Below, one piece after another: positions 9,167 through 17,888 of a stretch of 38,808 bases of DNA (within the stretch, counting starts at the first letter, position 1; each line of letters starts with the position of its first letter). The notes below the pieces were generated by a model. That model searched no databases. It was not told the origin of the DNA and worked only from the letters and a program-made list of their open reading frames with translations. This DNA is from Phycisphaeraceae bacterium. GTDB lineage: Bacteria > Planctomycetota > Phycisphaerae > Phycisphaerales > Phycisphaeraceae. The stretch covers positions 1-38,808 of the forward strand of contig JANQKH010000508.1 in NCBI GenBank assembly GCA_028281215.1, in the 5' to 3' direction. Made by a program: the position numbers and the translations under genes.

Positions 9167-10207
9167 TCAATCGAACGCGTCGATCGCCCGCAATGCATCG
9201 GCGAGCAACATCGCGGCGACCGGTTGCAACCCGTTCGAGCTGACTGAAACGTCGTTCGAGGCATGTGCGGCGGCGTCGTGAATCTGCTGTTCGGCGAACG
9301 GCCGTGTCTTGGCCGACCAGGCAAAGGCAAAAACGCCCCAAGGCTGGTTGGTCGCGTTGTCCGGTTGCGTGTTTTCCAAATGAAACAAGGCGATCTGCTC
9401 GACACGGTTGGACCACGTGGCGTTGCGGCGAAGCAAGGCGAGATTCGCCAGCGCATGCAGGCTGACCAGTTCGCGGTACGTCCATGTGTCGAGCGATTCA
9501 TCCGGCGAAAAGGGATGCAGTGAGTTGTCCCGGCCGGGTTGACTGATCGCGGATGACACCACGGCGTCGATGATTTCCATGTCTGCGTCGCGCCCAAAAA
9601 TGTACGCCTGCTCGGCCACGCACAAAGCATGCCAGAGCACGATCGGAACTAATGGAATCGTCGGCGGCGCATCAGTGAAGTGCTCGATCACACGCATCGG
9701 CGCGATCGCCTCGGGCACAGCCTGTTCACACTTGCCCCAAAGATCAACCGGCATGGTTTCGTAGTGTCGGATGTATGCCGCCAGACAAAGATGCAACGCC
9801 AAAGGGTGATACACATCGCGTGTGTGACCGAGCGTATCGCGAAACGGAATGGGGTAATCGCCGCCGTTGAACAGATACGCCTGTGTCGACGATGCGGCAT
9901 GTGGGCGGCGTTGCGATGTGTCCGCATGATCGAATCCGCCGTCACGGTCACTCAACGCGCCGATGGTGATCCACGGCCGACCAATGTCTGCCATGACACG
10001 CAGCGCTTCGGTCAGCGGTCGGTATTGCGAGGTCGCGTCGGACACAAGCAACCTTGCCGCCGGCACGGCCATCAACAGCGGTGGTTGATCAATGTCATTC
10101 AACGCAGCGCCGGTCGGGACAGTTGCTGCCTGCAAAGCCCGCGTCACGGGCTCCAACAGCAGGGTGCGGTATTGACTAAACTGCTGAACTTGCGACATCA
10201 CCGGCAT
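9167..10207 (-). CDS. hypothetical protein, function unknown
   Basis: ORF 9167..10351. The first ~41 codons are antisense to the Rieske gene start and look non-coding. Candidate ATGs lie at 10228, 10225, 10207 and 10198; I chose 10207. Amino-acid composition is protein-like, while the antisense frame is Arg-rich junk. I recognise no family motif. Confidence 0.55.
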   Translation of the reverse strand: MPVMSQVQQFSQYRTLLLEPVTRALQAATVPTGAALNDIDQPPLLMAVPAARLLVSDATSQYRPLTEALRVMADIGRPWITIGALSDRDGGFDHADTSQRRPHAASSTQAYLFNGGDYPIPFRDTLGHTRDVYHPLALHLCLAAYIRHYETMPVDLWGKCEQAVPEAIAPMRVIEHFTDAPPTIPLVPIVLWHALCVAEQAYIFGRDADMEIIDAVVSSAISQPGRDNSLHPFSPDESLDTWTYRELVSLHALANLALLRRNATWSNRVEQIALFHLENTQPDNATNQPWGVFAFAWSAKTRPFAEQQIHDAAAHASNDVSVSSNGLQPVAAMLLADALRAIDAFD

Positions 10208-10226
10208 CGTAGAGGTTTGAAACATC

Positions 10227-10556
10227 ATGGCCAAATGGGTGGACATCGGTAGCGAATCGGATTTCCAGGCAGGTGACAAGCAATGCCTCGACGCGCAGGG
10301 TATTCCTGTCGTCGTGTGCAACGTCGATGGCACATTATTCGCCACGATCAACGTCTGTCCTCACGCAGGGCTGCCGCTGGGCGAAGGTGATTTGGCCGGC
10401 AAAGTGCTGACCTGTCCGTTTCACGGTTACACCTACAACATCGAAACCGGCGTAAATATCGATATGCCGGACGATCTGCCGTTGACCCGGTTTGAAACGC
10501 GCATCACGGACGGACGCGTGGAAGTCAACGTGCCCATTAAGGAGGAATCGGCATGA
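10227..10556 (+). CDS. Rieske [2Fe-2S] domain protein (small ferredoxin-type subunit)
   Basis: CPHAGLPL…CPFHGYTYN gives the CxH…CxxH cluster ligands. Size (109 aa) and the MAKWVDIGSESDF start are typical of stand-alone Rieske ferredoxins. Confidence 0.85.
   Translation: MAKWVDIGSESDFQAGDKQCLDAQGIPVVVCNVDGTLFATINVCPHAGLPLGEGDLAGKVLTCPFHGYTYNIETGVNIDMPDDLPLTRFETRITDGRVEVNVPIKEESA
10328..10343 (+). promoter_or_regulatory. sigma-54 -24/-12-like element TGGCAC-N5-TCGC, inside the Rieske CDS
   Basis: TGGCACATTATTCGCC has the GG and GC dinucleotides at canonical spacing, the same form as E. coli glnAp2 TGGCACAGATTTCGCT. Its position inside a CDS and the plausibility of a chance match keep confidence low. 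Confidence 0.2.
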
Positions 10557-11206
10557 GTTGGTCGCCATGGATGGTAGCCTTGCTGACACTTTGCCTTCTC
10601 GCGTTGCCCGGCTGCGGCGGCGAAGGTGGCGATACGACATCAAAGGACACGCCGGGTAAACCGGGCGAATCAACGACCGGTCAGAACAAGCCGCCGACGA
10701 AGCCTGTGTTTGCGATTACCGGGAAACCGGGATTGGAGTCGCCGCAAGCCGCAGTGTTGTTCGTCGCGGAGTGTTTGAATTCGGGGGAGTTTGAAAAGTT
10801 CTGGACGCTTGCCGTAACGGTCGAAGATGTAAAGACGTTTGACCAGACGTCGTCCTTGCTTGCTTCAGAGGCGTCACTCGACGTGCTCGAAAAGTCGCAA
10901 CTGGGTCTGTACCTGTTCAAGATGACCCGCGCGGACATGACGCGCCATAAGCGATCCTGGCGCGAGGGTTTTGAATCCGTCCGCGGCAAATTGAATTTCA
11001 GTGAGGCGTCCCGAGGCGGGGTGGTGGTTGACGTCCAGCAACAAGGTGAACTGAAGTGGGTCAACCACGCGATGATGTTTTTCACGGTTGATGACCGCAG
11101 CTATGAATTGAAAGTTGGCAAGCTGTTGCTGACGCCACGTGGGTGGTTGATACTTGACGACGACCCCTTGAAACTGGTCGAGGCTGTCATTGATGACGGC
11201 CCATGA
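10553..11206 (+). CDS. lipoprotein, function unknown
   Basis: The ATG overlaps the Rieske stop (ATGA at 10553-10556) and AAGGAGG lies at 10539-10545. Signal peptide with lipobox LALPGC, followed by a Gly/Thr/Pro-rich linker. Confidence 0.7.
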   Translation: MSWSPWMVALLTLCLLALPGCGGEGGDTTSKDTPGKPGESTTGQNKPPTKPVFAITGKPGLESPQAAVLFVAECLNSGEFEKFWTLAVTVEDVKTFDQTSSLLASEASLDVLEKSQLGLYLFKMTRADMTRHKRSWREGFESVRGKLNFSEASRGGVVVDVQQQGELKWVNHAMMFFTVDDRSYELKVGKLLLTPRGWLILDDDPLKLVEAVIDDGP

Positions 11207-12618
11207 ATGGCAGGTTGAATTCCATGACTGAACAGGTTTTCTCGTTTCTCGAAAAGGATGCCGATCACGCCGTCGCCCGGCTCAGTGAGTTGTTGTCCAT
11301 CGCCAGCGTCAGCACGGACCCCGCCTTCGAGAAGGAAGTTGTTCGCGGCGCGGATTGGGTCGCGGCACAATTGACGGAACTCGGGCTCGATACCGCGGTG
11401 CACGCGACGGCCGGTCATCCGGCGGTGGTGGCGCGGTCGCATGATGAGCAGGTGGCGAATCCATCAGCCCCGCGCGTGTTGTTTTACGGTCATTACGACG
11501 TGCAGCCGCCGGACCCGCTTGAGTTGTGGGACACGCCGCCGTTTGAACCCACCGTGCGCGACGGCAAGTTGTTCGCACGGGGATCGAGTGACGACAAGGG
11601 ACAGGTGATGTGCTTCATCGAAGCCCTGCGCGCTTGGCGGCAGGGCAGTGCGGACGGCAAATTACCTTGCCCGGTGACGGTGTTGATCGAAGGCGAAGAA
11701 GAGTGCGGCAGCGTCAACTTGCCGCCCTTCGTCGAAGCGAACAGGGAATTACTTTCTGCGGACGTCGCCGTCGTCAGTGACACGGCCATGTGGCCGGGCA
11801 GAGAAGGTTACGTCCCCGCGATTACTTACGCCTTGCGCGGTCTGCTTTACTTTGACATCCAACTGCACGGTCCGTCGCGCGATCTTCACTCCGGGGTATA
11901 CGGCGGCACACTGCCGAACCCCGCCACGATTCTCACCCGCGTGGTCGGCAAACTGTTCGACGAGGATCATCGCGTGGTGATTCCTGGTTACTACGACGAT
12001 GTGCTTGAACTTTCGGATGAGGAACGCGAAACGTGGTCCGCTCTTGGATTCGATGAACGCGACTACCTCGACGAAATCGGCGTCGCCGAACCGTACGGCG
12101 AATCAGGCTTCACCACCTTGGAACGAAGATGGTGCCGACCGGCGTGCGACGTGAACGGTATCTATGGCGGCTACATGGGTGAAGGCGCCAAGACGGTCAT
12201 TCCTACGTTTGCCGGTGCCAAGGTCAGTTTCCGGCTGGCGGCGAATCAGGATCCCATCAAGATCGCGGCTTCATTCGAGCAATGGTTGCGCGATCAGCCG
12301 ACGCACGGGCTGGAATGGAAGATCACCAACCACGGCATGGCGCGGCCGGTCGCGGTGTCCACCGATTCGCCATTCATCGCAGCGGCTCGCCGAGGCATCG
12401 AAATCGCCAGCGGTCGACAGCCGGTCCTCATCCGCGAGGGGGCGACGATTCCCATTGTCGCCGACTTTAAAACGTTGCTCGGCATCGACACGCTGCTGAT
12501 CGGATTTGGTCAGCATGACGATGCGCTACATTCACCGAACGAGAAATTTGAGTTGAAAAACTTCGCACTAGGCTGCCGTACGCACGCGAGTCTGCTCGCT
12601 GCGATCGCCGATTTATGA
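11203..12618 (+). CDS. M20-family dipeptidase (ArgE/DapE/ACY1/CPG2 superfamily)
   Basis: ATGA overlap with the lipoprotein stop at 11203-11206; an alternative start is ATG 11224 (MTEQVFSFL). Metal-ligand blocks YGHYDVQPPDP, GSSDDKGQ and IEGEEECGS. Confidence 0.9.
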   Translation: MNGRLNSMTEQVFSFLEKDADHAVARLSELLSIASVSTDPAFEKEVVRGADWVAAQLTELGLDTAVHATAGHPAVVARSHDEQVANPSAPRVLFYGHYDVQPPDPLELWDTPPFEPTVRDGKLFARGSSDDKGQVMCFIEALRAWRQGSADGKLPCPVTVLIEGEEECGSVNLPPFVEANRELLSADVAVVSDTAMWPGREGYVPAITYALRGLLYFDIQLHGPSRDLHSGVYGGTLPNPATILTRVVGKLFDEDHRVVIPGYYDDVLELSDEERETWSALGFDERDYLDEIGVAEPYGESGFTTLERRWCRPACDVNGIYGGYMGEGAKTVIPTFAGAKVSFRLAANQDPIKIAASFEQWLRDQPTHGLEWKITNHGMARPVAVSTDSPFIAAARRGIEIASGRQPVLIREGATIPIVADFKTLLGIDTLLIGFGQHDDALHSPNEKFELKNFALGCRTHASLLAAIADL

Positions 12619-12621
12619 CCG

Positions 12622-12655
12622 CCAAGGCTGGTTTTGATGAAAAGAACCGGCTTGG
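12622..12655 (+). terminator. hairpin after the M20 gene (weak terminator candidate, no U-tract)
   Basis: CCAAGGCTGGTT (12622-12633) pairs with AACCGGCTTGG (12645-12655) with one bulge and one G-U pair. Confidence 0.25.
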
Positions 12656-12745
12656 ACCGCCCGTCAAGACAGGCAATAATTACACTTCTGGTGCGTCTTA
12701 ATGACAGCCGATAGAGACTGTGACACCCCCCACAGGGAAAGAACC

Positions 12746-14680
12746 ATGACAAGTTTCCGTTTTTCGTGCATGGCGACCGCCGTGGTTTGCCTTGGTTTGT
12801 TGACGGCAGCGCCGACCTTCGGCGAAGCCAAACTCGACGGCCGCAACCGCGCCAAGCCGAGTGCCAAAGCAGGCGACAAGGTCAAAGCTCGGACCAAATC
12901 GAGCCTCAGCGCCAGCGTCCGCGAAGCCGCCGCGAAGATTGACGCACTCGTCGACGCTAATCGCAAGGAAAAGGGCGGGTCGGTCGGTCGACGCACAACG
13001 GACGAGGAATTCCTTCGCCGTGTTTACCTCGACGCGATCGGGCGCATTCCTTCCTATGACGAAACGGTGGCGTTCCTTAAATCCAAGGACCCCAGCCGCC
13101 GTGCAAAGTTAATTGACAAATTGGTCAACGGCCCTGGTTACGCCAGCCACATGTACAACTTCTGGGCGGATCAGTTGCGCGTCACGAATCGCATTCGCGG
13201 CGACTACGGCGGCAACTACCAGAAGTGGATCAAGGAGCAGATGGAATGGAACGCACCATATGATCAGTTCGTCCGTGCGCTGCTGACCGCCGAGGGCAAG
13301 AGCCACGAGAACGGCGCGGTTGGTTACTACCTTCGCGACAACGGCATGGTGCTCGAAATCACGTCTCAGACGTCGCAGATTTTTCTTGGTACACAGATCG
13401 GATGCGCCCAGTGCCACGATCACCCGTTCGACACCTGGGAGCAGAAGCAGTTCTACGAGTTCGCCGCATTCACGGAAGAAGTGAACACCCGTGATCGGCA
13501 GACCGGCGCCAAGTATCGTGATCTGCGACGCATTCTTTATAAGAAGGGTGACGAAGTCTCGCCGCAGGTGCAGGGCCTTGTTCGCAGGCTGGTGCGTGAA
13601 GCGTCGTACAAAGTAGAAGATTTCGACCGCAAGGAGTTGCGCCTGCCGAGCGATTACAAGTATGACAACGGCAAGCCCAATGAGATGGTGCATTCGAAGA
13701 CCATCTACGGCGAATCACTCACGCCGTTGCGCGGGCAGACCCAACGTGAACGTTTTGCTCAGTGGATGACCTCCAAGAGCAACCCCATGTTCGCCAAGGT
13801 CATCGCCAACCGCATGTGGGCGAAACTCATCGGCATCGGCATCGTGGAACCGGTCGACAACTTCAGCGATCTCAATCCGCCGACCAATCCGAAACTGCTG
13901 ACCTACCTTGAACAGTTGATGAAGGATTTGAACTTTGATCTTCGCGAATTCCAACGCGTGGTGTTGAATACCAAGACCTATCAGTTGGCAACGAATCGTG
14001 AAGACTTTGCCCCGGAAGCGTTTGTGAACCAGGCCGGCGTGCTTCGTCGCATGACCGCGGAGCAGGTCTGGGACTCCGTGATGACGCTCACGGCGGAGGA
14101 CATCGACGCCCGCAAGGCGCCGAACATTGCAGCCATGCAGATGGGCATGGGGATGGATATGGACGGCGGCAGCGGCAATGTCATGAACGCCATCAACAAA
14201 ATGTCCGCCCAGGAGATTCTCGATTACGCCGAGCGTGTCGTTAAAGAGCGGCGAGCCACCTCGCGGCAAGCGGCGCAGAAGCGCCGTGAAATGTTTATGC
14301 GGGCTCGCTTCACCCGGGCTTCCGAACAACAACAGCCTGCGCGGCCCGGCACGTTCCTGGCGCAGTTCGGCGCATCCAGTCGTGAAACTGTCGGCGATGC
14401 CCACACTGACCCCAGCGTGCCGCAGGTGCTGACCATGCTCAACAGCCCGAACTTCAACATGCTTGCCTACAGCACGCAATCGGTGTTGGGCAAGAATGTG
14501 CTTGCCGCCAAGACGCCGCGCGAACGTGTGGAGCGGGCGTACCTGTCCATCCTGAATCGCTACCCGACACCGGCCGAGCGCGTCGCCTGCATCAAGGAGA
14601 TCGACCGCGATCCGCGCAAGGGAACGGCCAACGTCATCTGGGCGCTGCTCAACACCCGCGAGTTCCTGTTCATTCGTTGA
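12746..14680 (+). CDS. DUF1549/DUF1553 domain protein (PSD1-type, no cytochrome c module)
   Basis: ORF 12701 trimmed to ATG 12746 (MTSFRFSCMATAVVCLGLL signal peptide). FLRRVYLDAIGRIPSYDE (DUF1549), CAQCHDHPFD, and C-terminal RAYLSILNRYPTPAE…ALLNTREFLF (DUF1553/PSD1). Confidence 0.9.
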   Translation: MTSFRFSCMATAVVCLGLLTAAPTFGEAKLDGRNRAKPSAKAGDKVKARTKSSLSASVREAAAKIDALVDANRKEKGGSVGRRTTDEEFLRRVYLDAIGRIPSYDETVAFLKSKDPSRRAKLIDKLVNGPGYASHMYNFWADQLRVTNRIRGDYGGNYQKWIKEQMEWNAPYDQFVRALLTAEGKSHENGAVGYYLRDNGMVLEITSQTSQIFLGTQIGCAQCHDHPFDTWEQKQFYEFAAFTEEVNTRDRQTGAKYRDLRRILYKKGDEVSPQVQGLVRRLVREASYKVEDFDRKELRLPSDYKYDNGKPNEMVHSKTIYGESLTPLRGQTQRERFAQWMTSKSNPMFAKVIANRMWAKLIGIGIVEPVDNFSDLNPPTNPKLLTYLEQLMKDLNFDLREFQRVVLNTKTYQLATNREDFAPEAFVNQAGVLRRMTAEQVWDSVMTLTAEDIDARKAPNIAAMQMGMGMDMDGGSGNVMNAINKMSAQEILDYAERVVKERRATSRQAAQKRREMFMRARFTRASEQQQPARPGTFLAQFGASSRETVGDAHTDPSVPQVLTMLNSPNFNMLAYSTQSVLGKNVLAAKTPRERVERAYLSILNRYPTPAERVACIKEIDRDPRKGTANVIWALLNTREFLFIR

Positions 14681-14740
14681 CCTGAATTCCTGACCCGAAC
14701 CAAGCCACCATTTGCCCTCATAAGGCAAGAGGATTCCGCC

Positions 14741-16027
14741 ATGAAAGAACTGATCCAATCCTTCGATGAACAATCGCGACGCCAACTGTTGCACCGCGCC
14801 GCCAAGGCTTGTCTTGGTGTCACGGCCGTGTCCGCGGTCGCCGGTGGTACGCCCCTGTTCGCCGGCAACAATGTCGTCAGCGGTAAAGCCAAGCATGTGA
14901 TTTACCTCTATATGGCCGGCGGGATGAGCCACATCGACACGTGGGATCCCAAACCCGGTACTGATGTGGCCGGCGAGTTCGATCCGATCAAGACCGCCCT
15001 GAAAGGTGTCCGCGTCAGCGACCGCTTGCCGAAGCTGGCCAAGCAACTCGACAAGGTCTGTCTGATTCGCTCAATGAACTCAAGCCAGGGCGCCCACGAT
15101 CGGGCGTCGTACCTGATGCACACCAGCTACGCGCCGCTCGCGTCCGTGCAGCATCCGGGTATGGGGCCGTGGATGAGCAAACTCGGCGGGCGATTGAATG
15201 AGAAATTGCCCGGCACGGTTGTGGTTGGCGGCGGTTCGCGTGCCAGCGGCGCGGGCGTATTGGGCTCAGCCTTTGAACCGATCAACATCGGTAACCCGCA
15301 ACAGGGTTTGCAGAACAGTGCCGTGGCGCGCGGCGTGTCCGAGGAGGATTTTTCCAATCGTCGTCGGTTGCTCGACACGCTGGACCGTGGTTTCCGCATG
15401 CGATACCCGCAGGAAAAAGTGCAGGCATACACACGTTTCTACAAAGAAGCCGTGGCACTGATGCAGTCTGAAGATGTCAAAGCGTTCGACATCAATCGCG
15501 AACCGGCCAAGATCAAAGCTGCCTACGGTGCCAACAACTTCGGCATGGGTTGCCTGCTGGCACGGCGACTGGTTCAAGCCGGCGTGCGATTTGTCGAAGT
15601 GAACTTCGGCGGTTGGGACACCCATCAGGACAACTTTGAAAACCTCGATGAACGGCTCCCCACGTTTGACCAAGCCATCGCCGCCCTTTTGGAAGACCTC
15701 GCCCAGCAGGGCATGCTGGATGACACGCTGGTGGTGCAGACCAGTGAGTTCGGTCGTACACCGCGCATCAATGAACGCGGCGGACGTGATCACTTCCCGC
15801 GCGCCTTCACGACCATGCTTGCCGGCGGCGGCGTTCGTGGTGGACAGGTCTATGGCGAAACCGACAAAACCGCCTCGGCGCCGACGAAGAACCCCGTCAC
15901 GCCTCAGGAGTTCAACGCCACCATCGCTTACGCTCTGGGCATCAACCACAAGAAACAGATTTTCACCAAGATCGGCCGACCGTTCACCCTGTCCGACAAG
16001 GGCGAACCGGTCAAGGCCATTTTCTGA
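14741..16027 (+). CDS. DUF1501 domain protein (sulfatase/alkaline-phosphatase-like fold) with Tat-type signal
   Basis: Twin-arginine motif SRRQLL. YLYMAGGMSHIDTWDPKP and SEFGRTPRINERGGRDHFPRAF blocks. Lies 60 nt downstream of the DUF1549/1553 gene. Confidence 0.9.
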   Translation: MKELIQSFDEQSRRQLLHRAAKACLGVTAVSAVAGGTPLFAGNNVVSGKAKHVIYLYMAGGMSHIDTWDPKPGTDVAGEFDPIKTALKGVRVSDRLPKLAKQLDKVCLIRSMNSSQGAHDRASYLMHTSYAPLASVQHPGMGPWMSKLGGRLNEKLPGTVVVGGGSRASGAGVLGSAFEPINIGNPQQGLQNSAVARGVSEEDFSNRRRLLDTLDRGFRMRYPQEKVQAYTRFYKEAVALMQSEDVKAFDINREPAKIKAAYGANNFGMGCLLARRLVQAGVRFVEVNFGGWDTHQDNFENLDERLPTFDQAIAALLEDLAQQGMLDDTLVVQTSEFGRTPRINERGGRDHFPRAFTTMLAGGGVRGGQVYGETDKTASAPTKNPVTPQEFNATIAYALGINHKKQIFTKIGRPFTLSDKGEPVKAIF

Positions 16028-16074
16028 TCAAGGTGTAAACCCCGCATCCGCGCCGAGCGGCATCGGCGCCCCTC

Positions 16075-16106
16075 AACCCTTCGCACGTGGCGAAGGGTTT
16101 TTCTTT
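16075..16106 (+). terminator. rho-independent terminator
   Basis: AACCCTTCGC (16075-16084), loop ACGTG, GCGAAGGGTT (16090-16099), then TTTCTTT. Lies 48 nt after the DUF1501 stop. Confidence 0.85.
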
Positions 16107-16151
16107 GGCTTTGGACGATCACCCATTCGGCCGACTCGCTAAAGTGTCCGC

Positions 16152-16913
16152 GTGTCTGAATCCCTTCGCTATCTGCTGCTTCAGGTTCGCAACCCCGGTG
16201 ATCCCATGCGCGCTCAGGAAGTGCGTTGCTTTGCGTGGTCGCTGAACTGCTCGGTCGAACAGATTGAGGTCGCGGACTTGATTGGTGCTGGCCGATCGGC
16301 GGATCGGCTGACACGCGCCAGACTTGATCAGGTTGATGCGGTTCTCGTCGGCGGCAGCGGTGATTATTCAGTGGCCAAAGGCGGACCCTGGTTGTCCGCG
16401 GCGCTCGATGTAATGGCGGAACTGGCCGGTATCGGCAAGCCGACCTTCGCGTCATGTTGGGGGTTCCAGGCGATGGCGCAAGCGCTCGGCGGGCAGGTGA
16501 TCCACGATCCATCCAACGCTGAGTTAGGCACGCTGCCGATCACGTTGACCGAACAGGGCAGGGCGGACGCGGTATTCGGCTGCCTCGTGAATGATGCAGA
16601 CGACGAATGCGGGTCGTTCCTCGCTGTGATGGGGCATGAAGATCACGTTGTTCAATTGCCCGGCGGAGCAGAACATCTCGCGTTCTCCCAACGCGTGCCA
16701 CTCCAGGCGTTTCGGTTGGCAGGTCAACCGATCTACGCCACACAGTTTCATCCCGAGTTGGACACATCCGCGCTGTTGGAACGGCTCGAAACCTATCCGC
16801 GATATGTCGAGTCATTCGCCGGCGAACCCTTCGATGTCTTCGCCGCCAAACTGCGAGCCACGCCGGAATCGAGCCGGCTTCTTTCTTTTTTTGTCGATCA
16901 TGTCTTTAAATGA
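16152..16913 (+). CDS. class I (type 1) glutamine amidotransferase-like protein
   Basis: GTG start at 16152. RYLLLQVRN first strand, nucleophile elbow FASCWGFQAMA, and ATQFHPE His/Glu block. Confidence 0.85.
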   Translation: MSESLRYLLLQVRNPGDPMRAQEVRCFAWSLNCSVEQIEVADLIGAGRSADRLTRARLDQVDAVLVGGSGDYSVAKGGPWLSAALDVMAELAGIGKPTFASCWGFQAMAQALGGQVIHDPSNAELGTLPITLTEQGRADAVFGCLVNDADDECGSFLAVMGHEDHVVQLPGGAEHLAFSQRVPLQAFRLAGQPIYATQFHPELDTSALLERLETYPRYVESFAGEPFDVFAAKLRATPESSRLLSFFVDHVFK

Positions 16914-17141
16914 CATTGTGAACATGGGGGACTTGAGCCGTGCGCGGAGGGCATTTTGTCGGGAATCAGGGTAAATCCTGCTATCATTCTTGTAACGAGT
17001 TCCTACAATGCACTAAATATGCATGCTTGTCGCGGTGAATTTCGTCGGCGAACCCAATTCAAGAGGCGACCTACGTTCGCCCGCAGATTCGCAAGCATGG
17101 TTTAAGCAGATTAATCACCATCACGTCACAGGAAATGCAAC

Positions 17142-17888
17142 ATGCGTCGAACCGATTTCGCCTCCCGGTCATTAGGCTTCACACTGGTTGAGATGTTGCT
17201 GGTGGTCGCGCTCATCTCGCTGCTGATTTCGCTCCTGTTGCCGGCGTTGGGCAAAGCCAAGGACAGAACGCAAATCACGGTTTGCGCTTCCAACCTTCAG
17301 ACCATCAACAGCGCGACGGTCCAGTTCGCCACCGACAATCTCCGACAATTTCCAGCCGGCCGAAGTTGGGTATCTGGGTCGTGGACCAACATTAATGGTG
17401 TGCGCAACGGTACGCTTTACAAATACATGGGCGAAAACGAAGGCGCTTACGTCTGTCCGGAATTTGTCGATGCAAGAAGCTGGTGGGAATCCAATCAGAA
17501 CGGCGAAGCAGCATGGACATACTCATTGAACGAGTATTTCGGTGAGACCTGGCAAGGAAAGAATGGCGTGCGAACCATGTCGAACGTGCAAAAGCCCTCC
17601 GAGGTGCACATGTATTCCGACGAAAACGCATGGAAAATCCAGGGCTTGAGTAATCACACCATCAACAACGGCGCCATGGGCATCGGCCAACTCGGCAATC
17701 CCGGTAGCATTGTCGACTCGATTGGTTCATTCCACGATCCGCCCGCCGGCGATCTCAATGATGGTTCGTCTAATGTGCTGCATGTTGACGGGCACGTCGG
17801 CTTGGTGCACGTCTCGGAAACCAAGTTGATCGTCACGCCTGTTCGCTATCGATATGACTGGGGTTGGACGGAAGGCGCACCTTATTGA
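17142..17888 (+). CDS. prepilin-type N-terminal cleavage/methylation domain protein (type II secretion pseudopilin-like, DUF1559-like)
   Basis: GFTLVEMLLVVALISLLISLLLPALGKAKD…CASNL is a classical class III signal plus pilin helix. The C-terminal NVLHVDGHVGLV resembles the DG-H tail of the planctomycete/verrucomicrobial family. Confidence 0.85.
   Translation: MRRTDFASRSLGFTLVEMLLVVALISLLISLLLPALGKAKDRTQITVCASNLQTINSATVQFATDNLRQFPAGRSWVSGSWTNINGVRNGTLYKYMGENEGAYVCPEFVDARSWWESNQNGEAAWTYSLNEYFGETWQGKNGVRTMSNVQKPSEVHMYSDENAWKIQGLSNHTINNGAMGIGQLGNPGSIVDSIGSFHDPPAGDLNDGSSNVLHVDGHVGLVHVSETKLIVTPVRYRYDWGWTEGAPY

Noticed and set aside
13715-15046. A 443-aa minus-strand ORF. Similar long antisense or off-frame ORFs occur at 309..1076, 1848..2756, 2794..3633, 4457..5245, 8185..9141, 9680..10252, 19471..20649, 23599..24351, 24302..25192, 28506..29474, 29637..30632, 31184..31996 and 32329..33132
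   Set aside because: All lie opposite to, or out of frame with, genes that carry unmistakable family signatures. They show Arg/Gly/His/Val-biased composition with no motifs. These are high-GC artefacts.
16990-17019. TTGTAA-N18-TAAATA, a sigma-70-like -35/-10 pair upstream of the pseudopilin-like gene
   Set aside because: Planctomycete promoter consensus is poorly defined. The match is modest and lies in A/T-richer DNA where such hexamers arise by chance, so it is not reported as a feature.
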